Shown here: piece after piece, positions 1 through 12,600 of the stretch
How the letters are laid out: the number at the start of each line of letters is the position of its first letter
Position numbering within the stretch: position 1 is the first letter of the stretch
Assembly: GCA_900617105.1 (NCBI GenBank)
Contig: UYFQ01000738.1
Location: 1-64,000 of the forward strand
Origin: Hydrurus foetidus
Lineage: Eukaryota
Reading direction: 5' to 3'
Length of the DNA: 64,000 bases
Translations under genes and position numbers: made by a program
Notes under the pieces: model-generated
Told to the model about the DNA's origin: nothing
Seen by the model: the letters and a program-made list of their open reading frames with translations, nothing else
Databases searched by the model: none

Positions 1-3000
1 GACGACGACGACGACGTTCACACAACGCGACAACATGACAATGTCACGTTGCGTTCGTCAGACGCAAACCGTCAACAAACACGCCATAATGGCAACCCTG
101 TCCGGGATGATGACGACGGCGATACTAACCCTCGCCGCCGTATAGATTCACCCCGCAACGATATCTCCGTCGTCGGGGCCTCGACAGTTACGACAACTCA
201 ACTCGTCGGAATAACCCCGTCGAAGGAGATGCAACGGGCGACTATCCGCCCACTCCGAATCAACAGAGTGGTAGCGAAGACGGTGATGACGGTAATCGTT
301 ACGATAACCGTCAACGCCACGATTCTAACCAACGTCAATACAATGACGATAATCGAAACAACAACGATTATCGACGTTCTAATGATGACAATCAAGGTCA
401 CAACGACAATCGTCGTAACTACGATGACTCCAACCCTCCCAGGGACAACCGTAATACGGGCCCTTCATACGGTACGGAGCACCGTAACGACGTTCGTTAC
501 GATAACGATGGACGTCAATATAACGATGATCGCCGCAATGACAATCAACGTCAGAGCGATAATCGTCGTTATAACGACAATTACCGTCAGAATGACGACA
601 GCCACGACTACGACAACGATGGTCGTCGCGGCTACGACACCCCATTCAACGACGACAACAGACGTCAATACGACGATCGACGCAACAGCGACAATCGTCG
701 CAACGACGACAACCCACGTCAGAATGACGGGCGTCGCGATCACGACTATCGCCAACAAGACGACAACCCTAACAGGGATAATCGCAGAGACACTTTCCAA
801 CGTCACAACGATAACCCCCAAAGGGATAATCGTAATTACGAGGATTCTCGTCGTAATGACAACCCAAACAGGGGAAATTATTCGACTAACAATCGCGGTT
901 TCGATAATTTTCGCGACGACAACAACGACAGTTTCCGTCAGGGAGACAACAACCCCAATAGGAGAAGTCGTCGAGAACCCCCACAGGGTTACGATGACAG
1001 TCCCCCAAGGGACTATCCTCAAGGAGACAATCGTCGCCAACAGGATACCTCCAACCGGGGCAACCGTAATACTGACGGTCGTCAGTACAACGACAACCAG
1101 TACGAGGACGAACGTGCGACTCCACGGGCACCCGTACGCGTTACCGACAACTCTCGACTACTCGAGAGTCGCGATACGCGCATTCCCGAAAATGTGGAGA
1201 CAATAACCCGCACAGCGGACGTTCCTCGCAAACGCGCGTCACCTCCACAAGAGGGTCCCACATCACGCAAGCGACAAGCTTCCCCACCAGGGTCACCAGA
1301 ACGGCCTACATACGTACGTACGTTCACCGGTGACACGGATTACAACCCACAACCCCAACGAGTCATCCAGGAGATCCCACGGGAAATTCGGGTTCCTAAC
1401 CCACTCCCCTTGGATCCTCCCGACATCGTGATACTGCCTGCAACAGCTCGCATAATCGATTACGAGCAGCAAACAGCAGCATTCCGAGCTGCAGGGGGCG
1501 GTCCCGACCCCAATGCAGCGCACCCGGTACGACCACCGATACCACGGTACATACACGATCGTACGTCACCGATCAACGTACCCGCGGTACAGTTTGCCAC
1601 ACCCAATGCGGCACCTACAGCGCTTGTAGTGGGTGGCCGTGCTGTGGACGATGGTTCCCGACCCATCTCCGCTATTGCCTTGCAAACGGTGCTTTACGTT
1701 CTCAACGTAAATGCGTCAGGCATTATTGGACAAGAGGCCGCACGGGAGTTTTTCGAACACTCCCAGAGGTGGACCAACAACTATGATGTTGGTCAAGTCA
1801 TCTCGACTAAAGCAGTCAGGTGTATCGATGATCAGATCCATACGGATCAAGATTATCCATATGCGGAAGAGACACGTAAAGTGTGGCTCCAAACACTAAC
1901 TGTCCCTCAAATAGCACAATTAGTCCTGCGCTACTTTCGCGCGGACACACAGCTAGGACAGTCATTAGCTGAGCATTTCTCAGAAGTCCATCTCGCCTTT
2001 TGTTACAACAAAAGGGAGATTGAGATGCGCTGCATGACTCAGTTTCGTGAGGTGGTGGAGAACCATGTACAAGTACATGGCCCACTCAGCACCTCCGACC
2101 ATGCTGCACTCACTCTCATCTTCGAGAAAAAGATGCCTCTTAACGGTGCCATCACCGCCAAATACAAAGAGCATAAACGCGTCAATCCGCATGACGTGGA
2201 CGATTGGGAATTCGCGATGCGTCGCTTTTTCTCCCAAGTCAATGCGGTACGCCAACTTCAGCTACACGTAGCGGCTTTTGGGGACCCCAACGACATTTAT
2301 TGTCACCCCGCTACCCAAAATCCATACGGGTTGTCTCTCACGACGAACCCCAAAACCCTGTTGGTTGGTGCGGCACTCCCAGCTTTACCACCGCTGGCAC
2401 TGCCAACAACACCACTCCGACAGTGTAACTCGTGTGGACACATGGACCATCTGCTGAAAAATTGCCCACACATGTGGATGGTGGATTCAAACACCAACCA
2501 CAATGTTCCGTGGGACCACTCCAACATGGGTCGCACGTGGGCACAATACGGTCATGCGACCTACCCTATCAATGATCGCATCCCTGGTCTGGGCCGCTTT
2601 AAAATCCACATACCCCGTCGTGAAACAAATTTCACTGATGAGGTACTGAATAAAGCTCAGCCCCCAGGGGGTGGTCAGAAGAAAAAATACCAAGGGAACC
2701 CCAATCATGGGGGGAACTATAATCGAGGTCCCACCAACAAACCGCGATACGGTTCTGGTGGACAAAACACCACGTTGGCCAACAACACCTCCATCAACGC
2801 AACCCACAGTGGTCTACCGCCCGCAGCCGCATATGATGGTACGTTACCTCATGTCACGGTGGTGGAGTCATTGGTAGTGGCGATACATGCTGCTAGCACA
2901 TGTAAACCTACCGATACACCACCACCTTTATGTATACTCAACTCTGATATACTTGTAACGAATACATTGGAGGTCTCAACCCCTCCAATACATATCGGAT

Positions 3001-3002
3001 AA
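1..3002 (+). CDS. gag: Retrotransposon Gag, 5' partial, with long Asn/Asp/Arg-rich N-terminal extension and one apparent -1 frameshift at the C run 151-154
   Basis: Frame 3 is open from 129 to TAA at 3000-3002 (the ORF track shows only 1194..3002). Frame 1 reads as the same D/N/R-rich protein from base 1 to ~155. CX2CX4HX4C knuckle CNSCGHMDHLLKNC. Confidence 0.85.
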
Positions 3003-3033
3003 CACTAACAATGTTCTTCCCACATGTCTTCAC

Positions 3034-6000
3034 GTGTTACAGCCACCCCATACCTCCCTGCCTCTAATCTCGGAGGTGCTGGCGGCATGCCATAACCAGA
3101 CCGACATGTCGGAAATACCGCTCATAGGTACGTTACCGTCTGACTCACTTGTAGCAGCGGTACACTCAACAAATCCTAATGAACTTCTTTCATTATTGGT
3201 GTTCAAGGATGAACGAAGAACCTTGCAGGGACACGCCCCCACCACAGCCGCGTCAGCACCCCAGTCCACGGGACTTAGTCTTACAGCGCACGCGCTCCTA
3301 GACACGGGTAGCATGGCCGGCGATTTTGTTTCCAAATCACTGCTTGTCTCACTTGATGCACTTGCTCATTGTTATGTGTCTTCAACCGCACTTAACGTTT
3401 GTAGCGGTCTTGATGGCACTTGTTATAGGTGTAATACCTTAGTCGATTTAGGCCTTACTTTTTTCGATGATAGTAATATTAAGCACACTATCTATATCAC
3501 TTTTAGTGTTAATCCTTTTGCACAATTGGATCTGATCATCGGACGCAAGTCCCTGAATCAACACAACTTGTTTGTGCTGACGCCGAAACGTATGGGCTTT
3601 GACCCTACGTTAATCGAAACGTCACCCAGCCCAGATGACATCGGTCTACTTCCCTTAAGGGCAGAGTCCGACATCGGTACAGATTCACATACCGACGTCT
3701 GTTGTCATCATAGTGACGCTGTCGGATCGCGTAGTCCTTGTACACAGTGTCGCCTAATTACCGACACTGCTGACAATGGAGACGAAGGTCACTCGAGCAC
3801 CCACCGTATTCCAACAGTGGGAGAAGAGTGGGGTCCATCTGCGCTATGGACGGGCAGTGGTCTCGGGACGAGAGTGAACACAGTAACACTTAACGCCGCG
3901 AGCGTGTTGCCGTGCGGAATCAATCTCAATGGAGATGAGATTGATGATGACAAAACAGATGCGTTCGGTCCGTTTCTTTCTGCATTGATGAAAGACCCTA
4001 CCCCAACAGGTAGGGCGAACGACGTCATCTCGACAATCACCTTTGGTGGGTCGGAAGCTCTGCAAACAGCATGCAGAGCATTATGTACCGAATTTATTGA
4101 CATCTTTCAAGATGAGGTGGCCCGTGAACCGGCCCGTATACCTCCTTTTGATATTGATCATAAGGCGGCACAATGGGAAGTACCTGGTAACAGGACCCCG
4201 CTCCGCCCACAATCCTCACAGAAGGAGGAGGCGATTCACAATAACCTTCAGGATCTGATACGGATCGGGGTGGTTGAAAAGTCTAATGCGGTATACTACA
4301 GTCACCCTGTAGTAGTACAGAAGTCACCCGGACAATACCGTGTATGTATTGACTTCCGGCCACTTAATAACTGTACGGAGTCGGCCAGTTGGCCACTCCC
4401 AAACATTCCAGCAATGTTTGAACGCATTGGCGCTCGTCAACCTGACATCTTTGGAGTTATGGACTTAACGTCCGGCTACCATCAAGCACCCCTTACGGCA
4501 TCAGCCAAAATCCTGACTGCATTCATATGCTTCTCTGGAATTTATCAATTCACTCGATTGCCTTTCGGCCTCAAACGTGCCCCATCATACTTCCAGGAGA
4601 TGATGGCCACGGTTGTCCTTGCGGGCCTTTTATATGTAACATGTGAGATGTATCTCGATGATTGCATTGTATTTGGTAATGGGCCTGACGAGTTTCTGCA
4701 GAGACTTCGTGATGTCTTCATCCGTTTTCGAGAAAAGAATTTATTCTTGAAAGCTAAGAAGTGTAAGTTCGGAGTTACACGCCTCGAATACGTCGGACGT
4801 GTGATCTCCAAAGAGGGGTTATCTATGTCGGCTGAGAAAATAAAATCTGTTTTAGATTTTCCTCGCCCTAAAACCGTTACTGCCCTTAGGGGATTTCTCG
4901 GTTTGGCGAACTATTTTAGAGGTTTCGTACCAAACCACTCCAACATAGTAGCACCGTTACATAAAATGACGGTGTCTACAACTCATAAACATTCCAGAGT
5001 AACTTGGAATGCTGAAACCATTAAAGCGTTTCAAGACATTAGGCAGGCAATCTCTCAATGCCCCCTGATGCACTTCATTGATAATGTATCACCAATACAT
5101 TTATACACCGACGCATCTGATTATGGTGTAGGTGGTGTATTGTTCCAAAAGTTGGAGATGAAATGAAACCCATTTCATTTGTGAGTAAGTCACTCACCTT
5201 CTCACAGTTGAACTGGTCAACAATCCAGAAAGAAGCTTATGCTATCTACTTGTGTTGTACAAAACTTGATCCACTATTACGTGATCGCAAGTTTACGATT
5301 CACACAGATCATAAAAATCTGACGTACATGAAATCCTCCCCTAACTCGATGGTAGGGAGATGGTCCATGGCTCTACAAGAGCTCGATTACACAATCGCAT
5401 ACGTGCGAGGGTCTGAGAACACGGTAGCGGACGCTATGTCTCGCCTCTGTGCTAATCTCTCGGACCTTGTCATCAAGGTTCAACCAGCCACCACTGGCAC
5501 AGAACCGGATAACTTGCCGGGCCCGTTTTGCGGCGCCCTCAAGGTCATACCAGAAATGACTGATACGCAGCGCGACGCACTCAACATGTGCCACAACAAG
5601 TTTGTTGGACACGGGGGCGTTAAACGCACCGTAGAAAAGCTTATAAGCTTACCCATTCAGTGGGAACACATGGTTCAGCACACCCACTTGTTTATACAAC
5701 AATGTGCATGCTGCCAGAAGATGAACGCTACACGCGTACCGATACGTGTACACAAGTACGTTACTTCTGCGTACAAACCTTTCCATGTATTGAACATCGA
5801 TTTCATCGGACCCTTCCCCGATGCCTCACACGTTCTTGTCATCATCTGTGCTTTCACACGATGGACAGAACTATTTTGGTGTGCCGATAATACGGCCAAA
5901 TCGGCTACCGATTGCCTTCTCCAACACTTTGGAAGATACGGTGCACCCCAAATGATCAGATCTGATCGGGGTTCACATTTTGCTAACGAATTGATCAAAC

Positions 6001-6842
6001 AATTCCTAGTGTCAACGGGTACACCCCACAACCTGACACTAGCATACTCTAAACAAGAGAATGCTATAGTTGAACGAGTTAATAAAGAAATTAACCGGTA
6101 CTTACGTTCGTTCCTGTATGATACAAACGACGTGTACCAGTACAAAAACTGCTTACCGTTTATACAGCGCATTTTGAATTCTTCAATTCACAGCAGTACC
6201 AATGCCTCCCCAGCAAGTTTATTGTTTGGTAACCAAATCAATCTTGATTCGGGCATACTTTCACCATTCCCACAATTACCGGAAGTGGAAACTTCCGCAT
6301 CGAAAGTGGTCTGTGAGATGTATCACATCCAGGATACCCTGATTGCCCAAGCACAAACTGCTTTGCGCACAATGGACGCGGCTCATGTTGCCACAAGTCC
6401 ACAGGATATAACGATTTTTCCCGTAGGTTCATATGTGTTGGCTAGATACACCACACAACCGCCCACACGGTTACACACGTTGTGGCGGGGACCGTTTCAA
6501 GTGATATCGATTCACAATTCTGATTATACGTTGTTAGATATAACTACGAAGAAACATAAACATCTTCATATTAGTAATCTTAAACAATTTGTTTTCAACC
6601 CGAAACATACGGATCCTGCTGATGTAGCACGCCGCGATTATATGGAATTCTTTATTGATTCCATTCTTCAGCACCAAGGCAATTCCAGGCGCAAAACCCA
6701 AATGCGGTTTTTAGTCAAATGGACTGACTTTGATGACTCGCACAATACGTGGGAGTCGTGGAAGAATCTTCGTCTTACAGACGCTCTTCACACATATTTA
6801 CGCCTTCACGGCATGTCGAAAATAATTCCGACAGAAAAGTAA
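3034..6842 (+). CDS. pol: Retrotransposon Pol (protease, RT, RNase H, integrase, chromodomain), split by a single-base frameshift at 5147-5150
   Basis: ORFs 3034..5166 and 5163..6842. One extra A in the AAAA at 5147-5150 gives continuous FQKVGDEMKPISF within RNase H. Catalytic motifs look intact. Confidence 0.95.
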
Positions 6843-7156
6843 GTTCCCAAGGAACGACCTACACATTATCTTTTGAAGATTCCTCCTCATTTTTACAACG
6901 TTACGTTGCTTTTCAGGAGGTTTAGTCAGTAAAAATCTGACATAAATGTGTAGGGGAACACTTAGTTACAACACATCTAGGCACTCTCGTTTCTCGCTTT
7001 CCCCATCTCTCACATGTACAAATATCTGTATTTATTGTACGCATTTATTTCTGTCTTTTATTTATTTATTTATTTTTTATTATTACCTTTTTCTGCATTT
7101 TTCTCTCTCACGCTGGAGTCATATTTGTTTGTTACACACTGTAGATAGAAACTCAC

Positions 7157-7221
7157 CAAGAGAGAGAGAGGGAGAGGGAGAGGGAGAGAGAAATGAGAAA
7201 ACGAGAGATAAGTAGGGGTAG
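7157..7221 (+). other. Polypurine tract region; the 3' LTR probably starts at TGTGG (7222)
   Basis: Near-pure A/G run ending ...GATAAGTAGGGGTAG, followed directly by TG, ~380 nt after the pol stop. The LTR end cannot be fixed because the 5' LTR is not in the window. Confidence 0.65.
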
Positions 7222-7385
7222 TGTGGCTCCCTCAGGGTCTGCTACCCCATTCAGCCGATTAGATGCTGTTTCCACCTTAGTACCTTCGTGTTCACAGCCA
7301 CGACTATCAGTCACTAGCTAGTTTGTGCTGCTTTGCAGAAGTTACTAGCGTACCTTCTGTTGCATCCCTAACTAATTAGCTCCTT

Positions 7386-9231
7386 TTAGCCTTTAGACTT
7401 CCCTTCTCTTTTGCCTTCCAAGGTCACATCCACAGTCTGAAGACTAGACCTAGTTGAATGCCTCTCGGGAGTGAGGTCAACCTCTAAAGTCCCGTAGTCA
7501 AAAGAAGGACTTCTCTCCTCGTATTCTTCGTAAGCGAATGGGCTCATAGGAATGGGAGCAAGATATCCCCGAGAAGGAGCCGAGAATGTAGCTGACGAAG
7601 AAGATAACGATGATGAGGAGGTAGCCGATGATGATGATGATGTTCTAGGAGTGAGCTTAGATTTCTGGCAGAATCCCCTTATAAGCAGGTAACCTGGAAT
7701 CAAATCGGGGGCCTCCATCTCGCTCATCGAAGGAAAATGATCAACCCAGTTGGCTTTCCACACAACTGTAGGGATCGCGTAAGGTTCAGCATTATGACCT
7801 CCATCAAATTGCAGAAGGAAAGAAAAGATGTCCTCATCCAAATAATACTTCCCATTATTGAACGACCCAGAAAATATGAGTGCAAGTGCCTCAATGTGCT
7901 GCTGCCCATTGCGATTCCTATCCCTCGTCTCGTAGTACGGGGAATTCACTGATTCTAGGTCTAGTATACCCAGAAGTTTGGTAGATGGCACAGCACGCAA
8001 CAAAACACTCATAGCGGTTTTAATGCCAACTAATTGAGTGGCACTCTCTCTAGCTTGATCGATCTTATCTGCCGTCGCCTACAATTTGTAATTATTTAAC
8101 AAATTAAATAAATCGCAAGAAAATAAAATTTAGACAAAAAGCTTTCAAGATTTTACCCTCATAGATGTCATCGACTTGTCCTTCCCAGTATAGGATTGCA
8201 GAAGAGTGGTCGTAGGTCCAACAGTTAATGCGCGGCCCCACCAATCAGCTTGTGGAATGTTTTCCATGGGATGCCATGATCGTGGACGGGTGTAAAAAAT
8301 TCTCTGACCTACGCTCACACTTGTGGCAGTAGATACGGAGTTGCCAGCCCTTCGATGTTGGAAAAAAAAAATGAATACGCGGAAAAAGAGTACAGTATGA
8401 TCACAAATTACATATGAAATATCTTACTTCATGTATTTTGGAACGTTCGTTGTTCCTGTGTTTATCAAGCTATTTGACGTGATGTCACCCTCAGTAGGAT
8501 CAACCAGCAAGATTGCGAGTTGAGATTGCAATTGAAGAGCAGTAAGTGGCTTCAGAACCGGAGTGCCTTGTATCTGGAAACACAAAATTTTAAATGTAAA
8601 TGTAAATTTTCTAAAAAAATTATGATCAACCATTTACTTACAAGAAGCAATCCAGCAGAAACTTCATAAGGCGCTCCATAGGAAGCGTTGGAATATTTTG
8701 CTTTTCCATATGCCGTTGAGGAAACGGATATTCGTGTGATAGTTGAGCACAATAATCGCACACCATCTTTCACTTCAAAAAATGGACCTGACAGGTTGAA
8801 CTGAATAAAGATAAATAGTATAAAATATTAGTGACTAAAATAAAGAGATAATAGCAATTACTCACTTGATAGTCAGCCGTGCTGTCGCCAATTAAACTAT
8901 GCTCGGTGATTTCACCATCCCCACTGGATATCTTAGCAATTGTGTCTGAAGCAGTTTTACCAAAAAAATCTACGATTAATCCATGGAGGATTCCACTTAA
9001 GATTGTCGGATTTTCAGTAGTTGAATCTACTAGGTATTGCTTAGCTAGAGGTACGGAGAAGTCCCTATAGTAACGAGATTTCGTTAATGTTTCTCCACCT
9101 CCCTTCAATACGATTGGTGATACTGTTATCACAAGAATGCCATCATCTGGGGCAGCTACTATGGGACGAGTTCTTTTAGTTCCTGCTACTTTGAAGGAAG
9201 TGGGATTCAAATCGACTTCTTCCTCGGCCAT
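7386..9231 (-). CDS. Five-exon orphan protein, 518 aa, no recognised family
   Basis: Exons 9231-8866, 8800-8642, 8573-8428, 8349-8157, 8078-7386 join in frame through four GT-AG introns of 65-78 nt (phases 0,0,2,0). ATG at 9231, stop at 7388-7386, Ser-rich tail. Confidence 0.8.
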
Positions 9232-9603
9232 TTTAGAATTTTATGGTTCAAAAATTGTGAAGCATTTCGGCTGCAAGAAAATCTGTCGAAAAAACATCAT
9301 TGAAATGTAGTCGAACATCGACGGAATTTCAGGTCAGTTGTCAAGTATGCTCAGGTCAATTGTGCAGGTTAATTGTCACAGACAGATCCAGGATCGGTTT
9401 CACCACCACTCCATCTGAGTTTTTTTGGAAAATAGTATCATTTTATTCTGCTTTGGTAATAACGAAAATCGCAACCACTCTATTGGATAATATTTCCAAC
9501 AACTTGTTCGAAGTCCTATGGAACTCCTTCAACATATAAAAAGCCTCAATAAAGTCAACCCTGTCCGTAACACTGTGTGAGGGCCAAGAGTTAACTTATC
9601 ATC

Positions 9604-12600
9604 ATGACTGGCCATGCCTCTTCTTCTTCTTCTTCTTCTTCTTCTTCTTCTTCTTCTTCTTCTTCTTCTTCTTCTTCTTCTTCGTCTTCTTCTTCTTCTT
9701 CTTCTAATGTCGAAGCGAATTGCGCTGAATCTGACGGTCATATGGATGATGATAATCAAAGCACAAGTCGTCTATCTTTCTCCCTACGTTCATTCAGCGA
9801 AATGCAGGACACTAGTTCCGACTCTATCCTGCCGCAAGATCTTTACAAGAATCCTCCATCAGTTGTCGAAATGGATAGTGGCGTTCAGCACACATCAGAC
9901 GACAGCGTGATAACAAGACTTACAATGGGAAAGATGGCAGCATTTGAGGCTGGTCAAAAAGCAACATCGACCACTGCGAGAAGGTCAGAGTCGCTTCATG
10001 ATCTAGCTAGTGAATAAAACAAACTCGAAACAACTTTTGCAAGACTAATCTTATGAAGTCACTTTTACTTACTGCATGACTTATTGCTTCTATCGACAGA
10101 CCAACTGATAAGTACTACATGTGCCCATCCAATACCTTCATCGCAAGTAACGGAGATGTTTATGAAATCGAGCCCTTTATGTTGCCGCCTCCCACCGAAA
10201 TAGCAGCTTTGTTTAAAGAATTGAAGTATCGTCGTGACAGGAGCGACTCGCACAGCATCGAAAGTGATCCTAGATCATCGATGTCCAAGTACTCACCCGT
10301 GAGAAACAGGGATCATGACGATACTGACAGGAAAGCTACAATGTCTCATGCGACCTTCTTGAGTCAGTTGAATAGACAGAGGATATCGTCCTTCGACTCC
10401 ACGACGGCTGACACACAATGTGGAGCGGGAATGAGGGAGAGGGAGAACCTGATGAGGTCACCCTCAAAGCAGAGTAGCGGCAAGACTAGTCATGTTGCCA
10501 TTGTTCATGATGACGGTGTGAATGAGAGGGGCTCTGAGTCTGACAATGGATCCAATCGATCCAGATCAAACAGCACTGTTCAGCAGATGATAAACAGACA
10601 GCATCGGGTCATCGCCAATCACGAACAGCCGAGAAAGAGTGAGAGCAAGCCGGAGAGCTCTATAGGTGCATATCCCACATTCCTGCACACAGATCAATTA
10701 GGTCCTAAGAATAGAGACGAAGAAGAGTTCGATTGGGAGAACTTTTCATTTCAGAAATATCTTCTCACAGAGATGTTCGGAATCGGAGAAAGTGGACATC
10801 TTCAACCAGCAGCAGTGGGACACATGCAGAACTTTCTGACTGTCCCTTCTAAAGTGGAGGCATTCATTGGATTTGGGTTTTTTATATGTCTGGATGCTTT
10901 TTTAAATGTGGTCGCATTTTTGCCTCTTCGTGTTCTTTATTCTGCCATTCTGCTTCTGTGCGAAACGTCAGGATACGTCATCCGAATATTCCTGAGCATA
11001 TTCTTCTTAGGCGGTGTGGAGAACATGAAGAGGCTGGGCGTGCACCTGAAGGGACATTTCCAGCGATGCCATTTGTACGACCTGATGAGGGGAACCTTCA
11101 TTCTGCTGAGCTGCTTCGTTCTGTTGAAATTGAATATGAGCAGGGTCTACCACTACATCAGAGGACAGACGCTGATCAAACTATACGTCCTAACAGCCAT
11201 GCTGGAGATCTTCGATAAGCTGTTGTGTTCATTCGGACAAGATGCATTTGACTCCCTGTACTGCATCACGCGGATGCGACCAGAAGTGAAGAGTCTGTTC
11301 ATCTCCTTCATCGTGACAGCTGTGTACTGCATACTGCATTCTGGTCTGTACTTCCTCTCCATCGCCACTCTCACCGTTGCCATCAACAGTGCTGATCAAG
11401 CACTGGTCACTGTACTCGTGCTGAACAATTTTGGGGAGATTAAATCTTTTGTGTTCAAGAAATTCGACAACAAGAATTTGTTTCAATTGTCTTGCTCCGA
11501 CGTAACGGAGAGATTCCAACTGGTGAGTGCAGCACAGTATCAAACTACATCGCACCATCTGCATCACATCTACCACCTCATGTTGCGAATTGAAAGTGCT
11601 GCCTCGCATCGCATCGATTGACAACCACTTCGATGCAGTGATGTGGATCTGATGGAGCTGCAGTAAAGTGAAATGGGACATCGCGACTGTTACCCACGTT
11701 GCAGTACCCTTCACACTAATCGAAACTTTGAAGTGTAGACTGCGATTCGGCAGTGTCTATCTCTCTGCCAACGTCTCTGCCTCTTCGCCCATTAGTCTGT
11801 CTGTATGCCCATGGATATTCGTCTTGCAGCTGATGAGCTGCTATCATATTATATATTATGATTACTATCGCCCATCTGTGCTGGAGTGAGTTCAGTTAAT
11901 TGTCAATTGTGTGAAGTGCTTTTTTTCTCGTACGTCACTCTTTAATACGCACATCCGTACTGCAATCATCCTCATGTAGGCACACAAGTATCCTACACCA
12001 TCCTTCCTCGTCACCACCATATCTGTCCCCCCTGTCACCTCCATCACACTCAACCAACACATACGTACCACTCCACTCTGCACCCCCTTTCACTGCACTA
12101 GGTTCTGTTTCTGGTGTGCATCAGTGGAGTAGCATTGTCCCAAGCGGGTCCAGCTTGGCTCGAGATCTTCCCCACACACGTGGTGGTCATCGCCATGATG
12201 GTATCCTCCGAGGTAACAATCATGCTGACTAGATGTAGTTAGTTGTGATAGTGTTGAGGTGATGCAGGGGCTATCGAGGGATGGTATCAATGAATGTGAG
12301 AGATAAAATGCTGAATTATTCTGTTTCGCATTGTTTATTTTGTTGACTTAGATGAAGTGAGAGACGGAGGATATTCCGTGATGAGATCGTGATGGGGTCA
12401 TTTGGTGTAGTGTTGTGTAGTGCCATGTAACTCGATAGTACGACATGTTGAGATGTGATAGGGTATGAGGCGATTGTGAGACATGATGGAATGCAACCCG
12501 ACCCGACCCGATGAGGAGAACTGACTTCCCGCACTTCCTCTATTCCCTCCCTTTAACGTGTCGCGGATTCACTATCCTGTTGATTGCTGCTGCATATGCG

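Larger units (their letters stand above)
1..7221 (+). mobile_element. Ty3/Gypsy LTR retrotransposon with chromodomain integrase (chromovirus-like), internal region; 5' end lies outside the window
   Basis: Domain order is Gag (CCHC knuckle 2424-2465), protease (LLDTGS, DTG at 3301), RT (YLDD at 4651), RNase H (YTDASDYG..., IQKEAYAI), integrase (HHCC, D-D-E, GPF), chromodomain (FLVKW...NTWE), then a purine tract and TG. RT-RH-INT order is diagnostic of Ty3/Gypsy. Confidence 0.96.

Noticed and set aside
49..1206. 385-aa Thr/Ile/Val-rich ORF and hydrophobic antisense ORFs such as 465..1040
   Set aside because: Shadow frames of the AAC/GAC/CGT-rich Gag extension. Only the first ~35 codons of the frame-1 ORF look like true Gag sequence.
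2959..3002. Programmed +1 ribosomal frameshift in the 44-nt gag/pol overlap
   Set aside because: No CUU-AGG-C or GCG-AGU-U type signal is visible. Not excluded, but the splice model explains the offset more specifically.
7222..7302. 81-bp mini-LTR bounded by TGTGGCT...AGCCACG
   Set aside because: Ends in CG rather than CA and is very short for an LTR; cannot be tested without the 5' LTR.
9529..9910. Poly-Arg and poly-Leu ORFs
   Set aside because: Alternative frames of the (TCT)n poly-Ser tract.
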